64,000 bases of DNA, taken from the NCBI GenBank assembly GCA_040437565.1, contig JBDOQK010000021.1, positions 372,001 through 436,000 on the forward strand, in the 5' to 3' direction. Below are positions 45,618 through 59,165 of the stretch, one piece after another. The DNA comes from Albugo candida. Taxonomy: Eukaryota. How positions within the stretch are numbered: the stretch's first letter is position 1; each line of letters begins with the position of its first letter. The notes beneath the pieces are model-generated. The model searched no databases, had not been told where the DNA came from, and was given only the letters and a program-made list of their open reading frames with translations. A program made the position numbers and the translations under genes.

Positions 45618-46948
45618 CTCTGTGTGCGAGAAGTTTATCTACAGCTCCAAAGTCATTATCGGTGGGTTTTGACACGTGCGCAAATATGTGTCTGCCACGT
45701 GTCCAATTTTGCTCAAAATGCCACGTTGGAATCAGGAACGCGATCGCGGGGAATGGTAGCAGTGAGGCGGAGCGTACGTTAAAAAGTGATAGAGCTTTTG
45801 TTGCGCATTTACATATCTGCGGCGAGGAGATGTGATTTGCTGTAAGCATTGGGTTTTGCGCTGACGGCTATGCTCGGGGATACGTGTGATTGCGTCTGTA
45901 TACGATGGCAACGAAACGGAATTGTGTGACACAATCCATTGGAAATGCTGTTACGCTTTGCCAAATGCGAGGCTCAGACTGAACGTTTTCTGATCAATGT
46001 CACAACTATGTCAAAAATAGCTTTTCATTACGAAGAAAATGCGTGGAAACGAATGAAAATGGTTGCATCGATTTCATCGAAACGAAAGCTTAAATGCTTA
46101 AGGAAGAGTGCGAAATTGTGCCAGCAATCTAAGCAAAGCTTGACACCTTTACACCTTAGACGTCGGAAACAGGAGGACACTGCTTCTCATTATGTAATAT
46201 AAGCAGACTGCATAAATGTGGGTTCACATCAGCGTCCAAAACCCAGATCTGAACTCGAGTTGTGTCATGCAGTATCAATCGGTCCTTTAACGCTTATTGA
46301 AGCGATTCACGCAAGCACCATACAGAATCGCTTCCGGCACCATGTAAATGCTCCACGTTGACTGCTGTACTGATCGTTGACCAGTTGAAAATCGACTCGT
46401 AACCAAATGAGTAGCTTCACAACTCCTATCAGCAATTCTACGTGTTGAAGAACCATTTCTCTTTCTTACTGCTAATAACAACCTCCAACTTGCTGAGCAT
46501 GAACATCGTGCATTCGAGCGGATGGATGACAGTAACGAGCTGTACGCTAACATCGACCATCCCGATACGTCCTTTATCGAGCAGCTTGCCGTCATCCTTG
46601 GCTGGTTGGTGGATTCCGCACATAACGCTCGACTTTGTTCATACGAAGCTGTGCGTTTTGTACAAAAGCCAAAGAGTTGTTCCGAAGGTATTAAAAGGGT
46701 ATTTTTGTAAAGACGCAGCATTTTCGAATCTCGGAGGAGACCACTTTGTAGAGTACAAGCTTGATGATCACCAACCAGGGTTACGCCGTTCACGGCTCGA
46801 CATTCAGAATTGAACTATAGAGCATGATTTTTAGCAGCTGAATTCTCTATTGCCTATCCAATACAACTTCACCCATCTTTCCTCTCCATAGAGCACACTT
46901 GTTCCTGCAAATTCGTACTAATAATCCAATTTGCCAACTGAGTATCTA

Positions 46949-47317
46949 ATGAGCCCGAAATTGATGCTAACGTTCTGCTTTGCAATCATCGCATGCATAC
47001 ATGCCGTCGACTTTTTCCAAGATCATTTTGATTTCACTTCTATCGAAGCAGCTTTGGCGTACCAGAAAGTATTCCTGAAACCAGGCGATCCCATACTTAT
47101 CGGCAATATCCACGCCGACGCAAAACTAATCGTCGTACAATTGAATATCCATGCAAGTTTACCAAGAAGGGAACCGTTAGCATCCCAATACGAGTATACG
47201 ACGATAACTGTTGAATTGGATGTCTGCTCGTGTATGGCTCCCAAAATCACCATACTACCGGTCACACCTTTGGAAATTCCGTGTGAGGATGCTGATCTTT
47301 GCGGGGCAGCCCACTGA
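46949..47317 (+). CDS. Small secreted protein, family member E (122 aa)
   Basis: Signal peptide MSPKLMLTFCFAIIACIHA; motif VELDVCSCMAP. Confidence 0.85.
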   Translation: MSPKLMLTFCFAIIACIHAVDFFQDHFDFTSIEAALAYQKVFLKPGDPILIGNIHADAKLIVVQLNIHASLPRREPLASQYEYTTITVELDVCSCMAPKITILPVTPLEIPCEDADLCGAAH

Positions 47318-50220
47318 TGCACGCGGTTTTACCGCTCATTCGAGAGATCGGTGGCGTTATTTTTCTTTGTTTATGTCGTATTTGTGATAACGTTGAAAGA
47401 GCAAATATATGTCGCATTCATTCACTTCTTTGCGCAATTGACGCCGTATGTGTCCTCAATGTCGATAAAAGAGAAGAGGTCAATTGGAATGGAGTCGACT
47501 GTTAACCCGAGTCGGTGGCTTATGTGGCGCGCTACGGGCTAAATTTTATCTAGCTTCGGGATGGGAAGGTCACAAAGGCTAACGAGTATACAAATATCCA
47601 GACGTCGTCTGATCCTTCCAATATCTTTGGGTACGATGCAAACTGGTAGAGTTGGATGCAGAAGCTTTGGCTACAAACGTCTTATGGCGTCGGTTTCTAT
47701 TGCTCAATTGAGAGAGATAATGGTGTAAAGACTGGCATTTGTCGGTACAAAGGTAGGAATCTTCATTATATCTTCATTCTATGAGTGGAACTATTGGGTC
47801 CCCTTTTTTTCAATAAATCCATATTGAAGGCCTTCTTCAGATTCAGACATTTCGACTTGCGTTTGGTGAGTTTGGGCGAATAAAGCATCCAATCATCCTC
47901 CTCGCAAGGAAAGAGCGCCAGGTAACATATCTCAATAGGAGCCGTTTTTGCGATATACATTGTACTTGTCAGTAGGTGTGCGCGCTGTTACGGCCATACG
48001 TATCGATGGAAATGTCTTATATTTGATATTGGCGCAGTGATTAAGTTGCGGACCGTCTGTTTTCAGAGGAGAATTGCCATATATATCTTCAGGAAGGGAG
48101 CCCTTCACTATGTTATATACCGATTTTAGAACTCCAGACTCAAAATGCACAATCGCATCTGAAACCTTTCACTGACACTTTGGCTTTTAGAGGACCAAGC
48201 TTGTGATGCTCGGTCGATGAGTAAAAGTGGAATGGCTTTCCATAAATCGTTCCTCCAAGAATCCGTGATAGTACAGTTTTGCACTCAGCGATCCATCTAT
48301 TGAAAAAGTTAGAGCTCCATTTTTCATATGGTCGCATTTGGAGATACAACGGACCACTACAAAGCTAAAATGCACTTGTTTGCGTTTTGAGGCATGTACG
48401 CAGGTTCCTTTTGAGTTAGTAGCCCGTCAAACACACCGACATTCAGATCCATTTCTTTCGTCGCTAATGTAAATTTGGATTTATGAGCGGAAGAGAGTAT
48501 TGGAGAAAGAATACTTTCATAGTGAGACGAAAGTGTATTGTGATCGCGTTGTTGCGTGAAGCATAGTAGCAAGAATTTGAGGCATCGTTTTCTTATAGAA
48601 AATCAAGTTGAAGTGAGTTGTTCTGTAGGTACATTACATAGAGAGCGGAATGCGTCGTTTTCTTAAAGGAGTGTTGTTCTGTGCAGATTGTTTGTATCAG
48701 CTCATTGGATAAAAAAAGTTGCGGAATATGTGGCTATGTGATATGTCGTACGTCAAGTGAAGACGTACGATGGAGCTGTTGTGGTAGTCGATGATTGTAA
48801 ATTGTGTGGAAGCTCTTTTCCGGACGTNNNNNNNNNNNNNNNNNNNNNNNNNNNNNNNNNNNNNNNNNNNNNNNNNNNNNNNNNNNNNNNNNNNNNNNNN
48901 NNNNNNNNNNNNNNNNNNNNNNNNNNNGAAAAAATTAGAATTTGCAATGAATCAGCTGTTGACGGTGTACTAGAAATAGCAGTATATACAATTGCAGCTA
49001 CAGTATGTATATTTTCTATAATATACAACATGTGGTCCTATGTTTCAATAAAATACTGTTATGTCGTCGCAGGTTTTTGTGATGAAATCATTGGCCTTTA
49101 ATATAAGTAAGTTAGCCAATAGCGCTTTGGATACTTCTCTAGTCGTCTTACTGTTACATTATAAACGCTTTCCATAGTATCTTACAATTCCCTTACCGCG
49201 AGAATCAGTTTGTGACCTGACGACGAACCTGTGAAAAGATCCTTAGCTCGCTGAAGACCGACTGGGCTGGATTCAGTGAGCAAAAGACCGTTGGGCAGGT
49301 AGCATCACGACAATTGCTTTCTCACTGCGTACGCACGCTTATAACTCTGATGCGTCATTTTCTTGAGTACAGTAAAAAAAGGATCTATTCGACGAAATCC
49401 GATTTCTCTGTAGCGAAGCCTGACTACATGTTCGTATTCGTGTAACATGTGCTTGTATCATACTTATCATAAACCTTTGCATTAAAAGGCGATAGTCTCT
49501 CAGCATTATCACCGATGAGTTGTTAGACAGACGGTTTCTAGCACGCTTTGCAACTTTTGAGGCCTCCTTAGTCAATCATATGTGTGTCTTGAACGGATAC
49601 GGATTTAGCCACAACAATGCGAATTCGTTTTATTCACTGGAAATTTCCTCTGTTATCGATACAGCAAAACCACAATCTCCGAGATTGAATGCGTATACAC
49701 TGCACGCTTCTCATGTATACTGCTTATATCGTAAATGCAACAGCAACGTACTTCCGCGACATGATTTCCCACTATGATATCATCAACAACGAGTAGAAAT
49801 ATCCGAAACCAATTGAGCACGAGAATCTTCTTTTCGCGCGCTTGGACAAATACTTATGTTCACCATTTGACTGCAACAAACGCGCAAATTCTGCGGAGTG
49901 GCGGTTCGGTGATGTACAGCGCTCTGGTGACATTTGTTGTACACTGTAAGAATTTCTAGCTCTAAAATGATCACCAATAAGGGGCTAATTCCGTCGCCAC
50001 CGATCAATCATACCCTTACCTTCGTCGGGCCTTCATTTCTTCAACGATATGGTTTTTATTTTCGGATATGCAATTTACACGAAAAAAATAAATGTTACAT
50101 GAGAGTGAACTTCGCAATTTCTTGCATACAGAATCAAGGTCAGCTCACATTTTGCTGTTGTGCTCAATGGAATGAAACGAAGCCTCAGATCAAACACAGC
50201 ATCGTTTAGTTACCTTTTGA

Positions 50221-50610
50221 GGATATGCTGAAGCCAAATAAGTGGCTTGATGATCTATCATTGTGACGAGGACTCTTAGAATTTGGTTGACACAACTTCA
50301 GTGTCAAGAAAAAACGGATTAATTATAATCAGGACTCAAAAAGTACTGATACCCGCTTGATCATTAGCGATCAGAATACGTAATCGAACAACTCTGGCTT
50401 TCGTGAAGGGTTATTGCATGTCGGCTTTTTGGATTAACATCGAGACCGCGCTGGTAGCGTTCTACAAATACAGTAAATAGAAACTTGCGAAGATATCTAG
50501 GTGTCCATAAATAATGTAGGAAGATTCTGAGCGGATATACAAGCATAACGCGCATTCTGCCTTGCACCTCAACTTGAAGTGGGCTGACTTTCTTGTCATT
50601 TTCAAATGCT
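50221..50610 (+). repeat. Diverged dispersed repeat, copy 1 (homologous to 58741-59165)
   Basis: Shared blocks TGGCTTG.TGATCTAT.ATTGTGAC, AAACGGATTAA, ATACCCGC.TGATCA, GTGAAGGG, TAGAAACTTGCGAAGA, TAGGTGTCCATAAA, TCAACTTGAAGTGG. Confidence 0.85.
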
Positions 50611-53600
50611 AGAGAATTTTGTACATAATCAGAAATTTGGTATTGCGGTACTAGGTTGCAGCATGTTTTACTCAAAGTCAGAGGTAGCATCCGCTTCTTT
50701 GGCAGGTCATACAAGGATCTAGATAAATTTTCTGCTTTCAATATCATCCATTACATGATGTGATCAATATGCATGACGCGCACTGGTCGACCGGTCACTT
50801 GATTCGTAAATACGTGAATAGTACGATGTGGACTATCTTGATTACACACTCAAAAGAATTTATTTTGGTTGTAACGGTTTGTTTCTTTTAAATGTTGGTA
50901 AGATCCATTGACTCAGCCAACAATCTTGTACCGATGGAGGTTTTTGTCTATCTATGAGGCTTTCTTGAAATGATTGCGTCCCCCCAACTAGGTCTAAATC
51001 TTTCTCAAAGCGGAGCAATACCTCCATTAGACACGTCGCATACAACATCTACCGACTTCAGTATGCACACGATAAGGCGCCGCATCTCTATATAATTAGT
51101 CGCTGTTGGTTCGATCAATTGCGTAATACTTTGGCGACTTGGACGAGTATAGCTGTGTGGTAGCGGTCGAGCAGTATAAATGAGAAGCGACCAATCACGA
51201 GATTTGCCACTTATACAGCCCGATGAAAAAACTGGATTCCTATTGTCAAAGTTTATCGGGTATTCCACGATCGCTTGATCTGTAAAATTCCAGCACGTTC
51301 AATCTGATTGATAAGTTGTCGTCATAAATGGTATGAAACCTTAAAGGGCATCGACTGGATGTGACCTTCCAGTCGTCAATATTTACCAACCACATGGACA
51401 TGACACTGTTCTTTTCCTGTAGCCATTATATAGAAATTATGGAAATGTCGTGCATGTAATGACCAAGTTGCACGAATCCTTTAGGATAGGTCAAGTTGTG
51501 AAGAGTGTGTTGCCTTTTCAACGAGAATAACATGTAAACCGGGATCAATATCACTGCGCGCCTGATCATCCAATCGGGGTGCATTTTAGATTATGTTTTG
51601 GAAACAATCGCCACCAGTCGGCTGAGGCTTACACTTGGGACGGATCCCGTTAGACTACAGAAAAGCATCGCAATCAGATGGCTCAAGTACCAGTACATGT
51701 GCAATGCGATTCATCAATCATATTCGTCTACGCTCTTGCCGGTGACACGTATGATCATATCTCACATCGACTCTCATGCCAAGAGTCAAAACGAGGGGCA
51801 TCAAGAAATTTTTGGTGAGAGCAAGTCTTGTTTTTCTACATCACATGCTTCGTTATAGCATAATGCTCAATCTAGCGCACTGATGTAATCGACGGAAATA
51901 CCTCTGCCATGTTGAAAAATTAAAAGGCGTGGACGATGTACCCTTGAGTTGGACAATTCAATGTGAATCGTCGATTCAGCCCCGCTGACAGTATCAAAGT
52001 CAGATTGAAATTCGGTTAGATGGCAAGACGTGACATTCAAACTTTTAACCGGATACTTTAATCAGTCATTTGAATGCTCTTGCTTATTAGCCACGATAAA
52101 TCACACTTTCATCATCGTCAGTCGGTCCTTATTGCTGATAAAAATCTGTACCTTGTTTTGGCGATGTCCCTCGAAATGGCTGATGTGTTCGACAAGGTAT
52201 CCAAGTTCCTAATCCATCAGTTTGTTTATTGGCCACTCCGTTATCTCAAGTCATATATCTACCCTTGTAAAGCATTTTATGCACATCGGAGTACATGAAC
52301 CGAATTTCATATGTCCGAAGTCAAACAAAGTTCGTCAACTTGCTATAATTGCATAAAACGACGAAGTAGTACGCAATAAATCAAATAAATGCGAGCCTTT
52401 CCAAGCAAAAAATGCAAGAATTTACGACCTGACGCTAATCCTGGTTGTAGGAAGACGATATCCAATGGAATTATGCTTGATACATATAATGCAGCTCACG
52501 GGATATGGACGAATATCGTCACTTCTCCGACCTGAGTTAGTGTTTGTACACATATGACGAGCGAATAGAATCATATCAGCATATTTTTATCCAATCACAA
52601 AGTATATTAAATTGTTTTTGACCAATGAAAACGTTTAGGTGTAGGCAAGTACGGTACGTCAGCCGCTCTGACGTATACGGTAGGAGGAGATCGCCAGATA
52701 TGTGTATGTCAATACAAACTCCAAGTCACGGGTGTATCATTTGCATATTTGCGTGCTGTCCGACTTCAGATAAGTTTGGCGAATCTGCAGCCTGGAAACT
52801 CCAAGCGAGCCAGAGCAACTGCTGTGAAGACATTCGTGCGGTTTCTGCACGCGAGAATGCTGATGTAGAGTATGTCAAAGGCTGCATCTAGTGTGACGAC
52901 TCCGGGCAGTGTTTTGTGTCTGTAATGGATAAGTTCGGTATGCATCTTGCATTTCACGAAGGCAGAGCTGGCAAGCCAATTGCTAGACATTCTTGCATGC
53001 AGTACTACCGACAAGCTAAGCATTGGTTGCTGGATCCGTTCCCGCAGCAGCTTGCTTTACTCGAATCAGGGCTATATAAACGGGAATAACGCTAGAGAAC
53101 TACTGTGTCAAGAGAGAATGCGGTGGTTTTGTGAAGAAGGCCAATGCATGTACGAAGAGTGAATTGAGGCGAATGATGTATTATTTCTATGTCCACACGA
53201 ATGGTACAGTGTATCAAATGTTTACCTATTGAACGATATGTCGGAGGTCGGAGTTTTCATGGTATGAATCATGGTTACTCAAATTTCTGGAAATATATTC
53301 AAGTCACCGACGACTCCATTTGCCAATTTAATACATAGAGGTATTTCTCAGTGCACCTACTAAGGGTTCCACTTTTTACTATTGTCAACAAGATTAACAA
53401 GACTGGAATCAGACCAGGGTCGATCCGTTGCTACATTCTTGATAATATCTCGATCTTAAGTGGAGTTTGGTTAGTGCATAACGATTCAAGCGTCAACGTG
53501 CACAGTAAACAGGATGGTGTATGTTCATGAGTGCGCCTCAAACATAACAATACACGAGCTGAATAGTTCGCCATGTACTGGGTATCTCGGGTTGCATGAT

Positions 53601-56600
53601 TTCTTTACTGGAAATATTGACAGGGAAGAAATTGAAATATTAGGATATGCTTATGTAATCAAAGCAATTGTAAAGGTTCTGACAAGGCTGCAAGCTGACT
53701 TTGACGAATACAAGCAAAGATCTCCAATGAAGAATCGTTGGAACCAGCTTACAGAAAAAATGAAGTAGTCAGACAAGAACGGCTATCAGACCAAGATACT
53801 CTAGCGTATAGAAAGAACTAGTTTATTAATANNNNNNNNNNNNNNNNNNNNNNNNNNNNNNNNNNNNNNNNNNNNNNNNNNNNNNNNNNNNNNNNNNNNN
53901 NNNNNNNNNNNNNNNNNNNNNNNNNNNNNNNCTAGTTTATTAATAAATTCGCTTATAACAAAGAAACCTAGAATATATATCTCACCTTTCCAGCTTACAC
54001 TTTCACGGTTGTGCTTCGGCTTGCATAAAAGAAATGTGACGGTCCTTGGATAGAGCACCTAGATGAAGTCTAACCTTTGAAAGTTAGGCAGCAGCAGTAA
54101 AAAAAGTTGATATTGGCTGAGCTTATGAGCCGAATAGGCTCTCTGCACCAACGCATCGTACTGCCAGATCTTTTCAGTGAATGGCATTGCTTCACCTTCG
54201 AAGATTCACAGCGTGTCAGCCGCCTCCAAAAAGACTGCACAAGCGACGCCAAACACGAAAGATGCTAATGGAAATGCTCATCATGCGTCTTTCTTGAATT
54301 AGCGCGATGAATTGGTTCCCCACTGATCATTATCTACTTCGTTCATACAATGCTGCGCTGAGGCCATGGATCGTATTTATTGGGTCAACCATTACCTCGA
54401 GGTCGACTTACCCATACTACACGAATCTAATGAAACGCTGCGCCGAAAGAGTAATCCGACGTACTAATGACTTATTTGTGCTTCCAGGGTATCCAAACCA
54501 AAGGGATAAGAATTTGGACACGAAACCGAGGTATAGAGATACTCAGTCTTACAGCTGTATCACATTGTTAGATTTGATAAATATAAGTTCAAAATCGGAA
54601 GGCATTTCGCCTTGTCGACACGCTGCTGCAAACTTTCCGGAACTGACTACCATACCAATTTCCAGCACTTCTGGGACCGGAATTTGCAGCAAAAACACTT
54701 ACTTTTACGTCAGACAGGACGGAACAAGCGCTTGATGTCAATTAGCTCACCCAAACTTCTGTCTCTGCAAACTGCAAGCTCGAAATAAACTGTCATTCAG
54801 TCCTGATAGAGCATGGGAATGTGATGAAAATTGCCCAAAATCATTACATTGAAAGCCTTTATATATTCCATAATGATACTAGGTTGCAACAAATATCTGG
54901 AGCTTATATTGTGCTCTCAACAATGAGCGTTGGATATTTCTTGCTCAGCAATCATGTTATAGGATGCACCAATAACAGGCTTTCCTACGAGGTGGTGGCA
55001 GTCCATGCAATTATAAAGGATGGCGGCCACGCGGTCATGTTTTGGATGGCTTGGTTTTTTAACTGCCAATTACTGTTCAGCTTGCATAAACTGTTTTCCT
55101 TTCTGACAACAAATTCTGATAAACGCTTTCTGTCTATCATATCGAGGATCTCCATGACATTGCCTTGAGATACCACATACACGAACAGCGCTCTGTATCA
55201 ACACCACAAGGAGTGGCATAGTGAGATAATCTAAAGTATTGGCAAGCTCTAAATACATATGTCATTAGAAACTAGTAAGAATCACTCGAGTGTTCCGGTA
55301 CACTAGTATTACGTACATACCCAGGATCTATATATGTCAAAGCACAACCCTGTGGTCTGTCTTACTTGCGATTATCTAAGCTGCTATAGCGCTTGCACTC
55401 GATCCCACAACAGAGCTGATACGGCGACTTGAGGCTGCAAATGATTCTTTCGTATGCTTCAAATATTTCATTACACTGGAATAGCTTTCTTATTGAGCCC
55501 CTTTATTCGCACAGTTTTGAAGATCTATTGAGGCTGTATCAAAATCATATTTAGCGCTACAATTTGAGTTTCTTTTGTCAGAAACTTAGCCATACTGATG
55601 CCGGAATGTAGCAGTTTCAATGCTTCTTTACTTCCCTATTCCTGCTTCAGCTGATAGTGCCAAGGATTTGTGCACGGAAGCTAGAATGCTTCTAGTGTCC
55701 CTCCTTGTTAAATTCGCGTTAATCACGTGATTGCCAGCAGTGTACATCTGAATCAGTTTGTTCTACTGAAATACGTACCATTTGTGACGATCAGAGGACC
55801 AGACCGACACTTGAGGTTAAAATTTCTTCATTGGCGCTTTTCGCCACCTGATATTCCTAACCCAAGTATTCAAAAAGCGAGTGGATTATGTAGGAAGATG
55901 TCAAACTGGTGCTCCAGCATTTCATGCTGTCACTGTTTATCCAGAGGTCAATGATGCAATGCTTACAACACTGCGTTCCGTAAAGTACACGTTGCATACT
56001 GGCCGCAGTGACAACACGCCATGATGCTTCGCAAACATGGAGAGCTAGAGGCCATCTTCTTCCATTTCCTTTTTGGTTCGGGCGATGCGCAAATTCTTCA
56101 TCTTCAAATTCTCATAAAGGCGATCTTAACTTCGCTTGATGCAGTACGTATCAAATATCAGTGAAGATGAAAAAAATAGGTGAGACGCTCTTTTTCAAAT
56201 GGGAAGGTAATTTTGACGGCTGTGCGTCGAAGTTTGATTTGGCTCGTTTCCAGATGCACTTTTTGAGAATTTTTGTTTCGGCCATGCAATTGACATGGAA
56301 GTAGAAGCGATAGAGAGAATGCTGAATTGCAATTTCAATAATTGGGGCAAATAGATCTTTGTAGACGACTTAAACACAGAACCGAGTATTTAAGGATGGG
56401 AGTAGGAGGATGAGAAGAAGCGTGTATTACTGGCAATAATTAGCGTCAGTAGACAAGATAAAAAATAAAAACATGCGGTCGGTCATAGATACTGAGCATT
56501 TTTCCAAAATCGGATACCTGTAAATTAGAAGATATTCAAACATGGCATCATTCGCTTTCTGCTCCGTTTCATATAAACGGAAGAAACTTCGGGAATTCAA

Positions 56601-57206
56601 ACTGGAGTCAATAAATAGGTTTTCGTTTCGTAAATCCAACTTTTCTCTAATTTGAGATACGGAGTTATCAAAGTCCTTTTCACAGTACTGAAATGCAAAA
56701 CCCCGGCGTGTAACTTGTTTAAGATCCCTGCGTATACAATTAACCACGAAGCGGTTACGTGTATCACGATCTAAGTGCAATTTGTCACAAGTAGTCGAGG
56801 AAAAGAACACCAGACGAAAGTGAGGAAGGTAGATGGATACTTCATTGTCGGAGGTGGTTCTCTTCGCTTTCAAATGAAGAGCACAATTACGAGAATGGCA
56901 GAGAGGAACCTTGGAGCGACCATGTGTCAAGTTGCTGAGATATCGAGAAGTGAGCGATTCGTATGCTCGACTGTAATTCTTAACCAGGATAGGACGAACT
57001 CACTTTATAGGCTCTCTTTTACCATGTTCAAGTACCGCAAAAAAAGTCTTTCCTCACGAAAAGTATAAATTGCCAAGGTCTGGCTGAGATTTGCAAAGCT
57101 AAAATCGGCTATGTAGATTTTGAAAACGACAACTATATTCAAGATTATTACACACACATTTTCCAGAGCAATGAGGGTGAAAAGACTGAGATGCACAGTA
57201 AATTGC

Positions 57207-57740
57207 ACCTGTGTACCTGGTCGAAGCTTGCTGAAGCTCGTGACAAGCCCGTGGACATGATCATGCCACGTTACCGCATATTATGGCTGTGATATCAATC
57301 TTATATTGGATGAAGAAAGGTATGTGTTTTCAGCAGATTAGGGCTTCGCTGAGACTCACACCACGTCATTGTGTACGCTACTGCTCAAGATATCCAGAGT
57401 CATGGATTACACCCACCCTATGTATGTGTACAGTATTCGAAATTATGCAAAGGTAAGCCGAACAAGTAGATCAGTACTTCATATGTCCGATCGGTTTGTT
57501 CTCAATCAGGAATAGGCGAGATCAGGACGAGTAGAGGAGGCGGTCATGTGAAGGTACTACACCTGTTTGGAGGAGTCAAGCGAATAAGTCTGATTGCGCA
57601 GTAATCTAAACCTGTGTATCTGGTCGAAGCTTGCTAAAGTTTATGGCAAGCTCGTTGACATGATGATGCACCATTTGCTGGAGAGCATGGCTGTGAAATC
57701 CATCACATATCGGATAAAGAAAAGTCTGCGTTTTGGAAAG
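57207..57740 (+). repeat. Two diverged direct repeats of about 125 bp (57207-57335 and 57609-57738)
   Basis: ACCTGTGTA.CTGGTCGAAGCTTGCT.AAG...CAAGC.CGT.GACATGAT.ATG...ATGGCTGTGA is present twice. Confidence 0.8.
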
Positions 57741-58740
57741 TAAATCCAAAGGTATACGTTCTGGGACCACTTGGCCCCCATCTGAATTTAATCTGTCATG
57801 GTTTTCGGTAGGTCAAAGCGCATGCTCGGCAGCTTTTGTGCAAATGTCTTGAATTGCTGTAGAGTTCATATCTACGCGCCTTTAGATCCCTGCAATCCAA
57901 TTGGGGCTCATTTCAAGTTTGATGGCAGTGATATCGCCGAGTCTTGAAAATGTCGCGCAAAAGAATATTCTGCACAACGTTTGTGTAGCTTACTGCCATA
58001 CACTCGGCTAAGAGATTGTTGCAGCGACACCATAGCTTACGTACCACAAGCCACAAGGAAGCTGATAACAGCAATAGCTAATCCCTAGACGCTTGCTATG
58101 TGGAATAAACTGTAAATTGGTAAGGATTAGCTGCATGTTCCCAATCACATTGGTTTGTGACTTAGTAACTACAATATTACTTTGGATTAACCCAGCCTGC
58201 ATTAGCGATCCTTTTGTTGAGCAAGCATGTTGAAGTCGATTTGCCTTGAATGCGCTATTTCGTAGCAAAGGAAGTTTGCTTTTCTGCATATTGGATGCGT
58301 TTGATCCTCACATAGTAGACACGATTAGGCTGTATCGGCGCTTTTAGTGAACTGTCAGGCAAGTCGAAGCGGGATGAAGTTAGTACAGAGCTATTATCCA
58401 TTGGGTAACGTCAACTTCATCAAGTAATCACCGTATTTTCCTGCAAAGAGTACATCTTTGCATCACCCGCTCAACAAGAACAGTTTTTGGCCAGCTCGTC
58501 GGTACTGATGACCTTAGTAGTCAGCTTAAACACATGAGAATTAACACCTGCAAAATGATCCCCGAAAAGAGACAAATACCATCGCCACCGATCAGTCATA
58601 CCCATACCCTTTCGATCGTCAGGCCTTAATGTTTTAGGAATAGGTTTTTTCATCTGTATACGGCATTTACATTAAAGTAAATTTCACAACCTCTTTCATA
58701 CCGAATCAATGCCACCTCACATTTCGCTGTTGGGTCCAAT

Positions 58741-59165
58741 GGAATATATGGTGGAGCCAATAACTGGCTTGCTGATCTATTATTGTGACCATGACTGTAA
58801 GAATTCGGAAATGAGTTTTTTATCACAGTCGAGTGGTCCGTTTTAGATCACACAAGTTCATTGTGATAAAGAAACGGATTAACCATAATTAGGAGGTGCT
58901 AATACCCGCGTGATCAATAACTATTAGGATACGTTATCGAATAAAACTACTTTATGTGAAGGGGTATGGCATGTCTGCTTTTTTGACCAAATCTAGATCG
59001 CGCTGTTAACGTTCCAATCATACAATACTAGAAACTTGCGAAGAAATTCGTAGGTGTCCATAAAAATTGGAGGAAGCTTCCGAACGGATCGATAAGAATA
59101 TCGCGCTTTCTCTCTTTGCACTTCAACTTGAAGTGGAATGATTTTCTTGACATTTTTGAATTGTT
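58741..59165 (+). repeat. Diverged dispersed repeat, copy 2
   Basis: See 50221-50610. Confidence 0.85.

Noticed and set aside
46287-46813. Overlapping 60-170 aa ORFs upstream of member E
   Set aside because: No recognisable domain and no consistent frame.
47700-57000. Many 60-170 aa ORFs, e.g. 54307-54735 and 56427-56930, as possible CCG/CHxC effectors
   Set aside because: No intact signal peptide plus CxxC/CHxC motif was found; at most these are unidentifiable decayed sequence.
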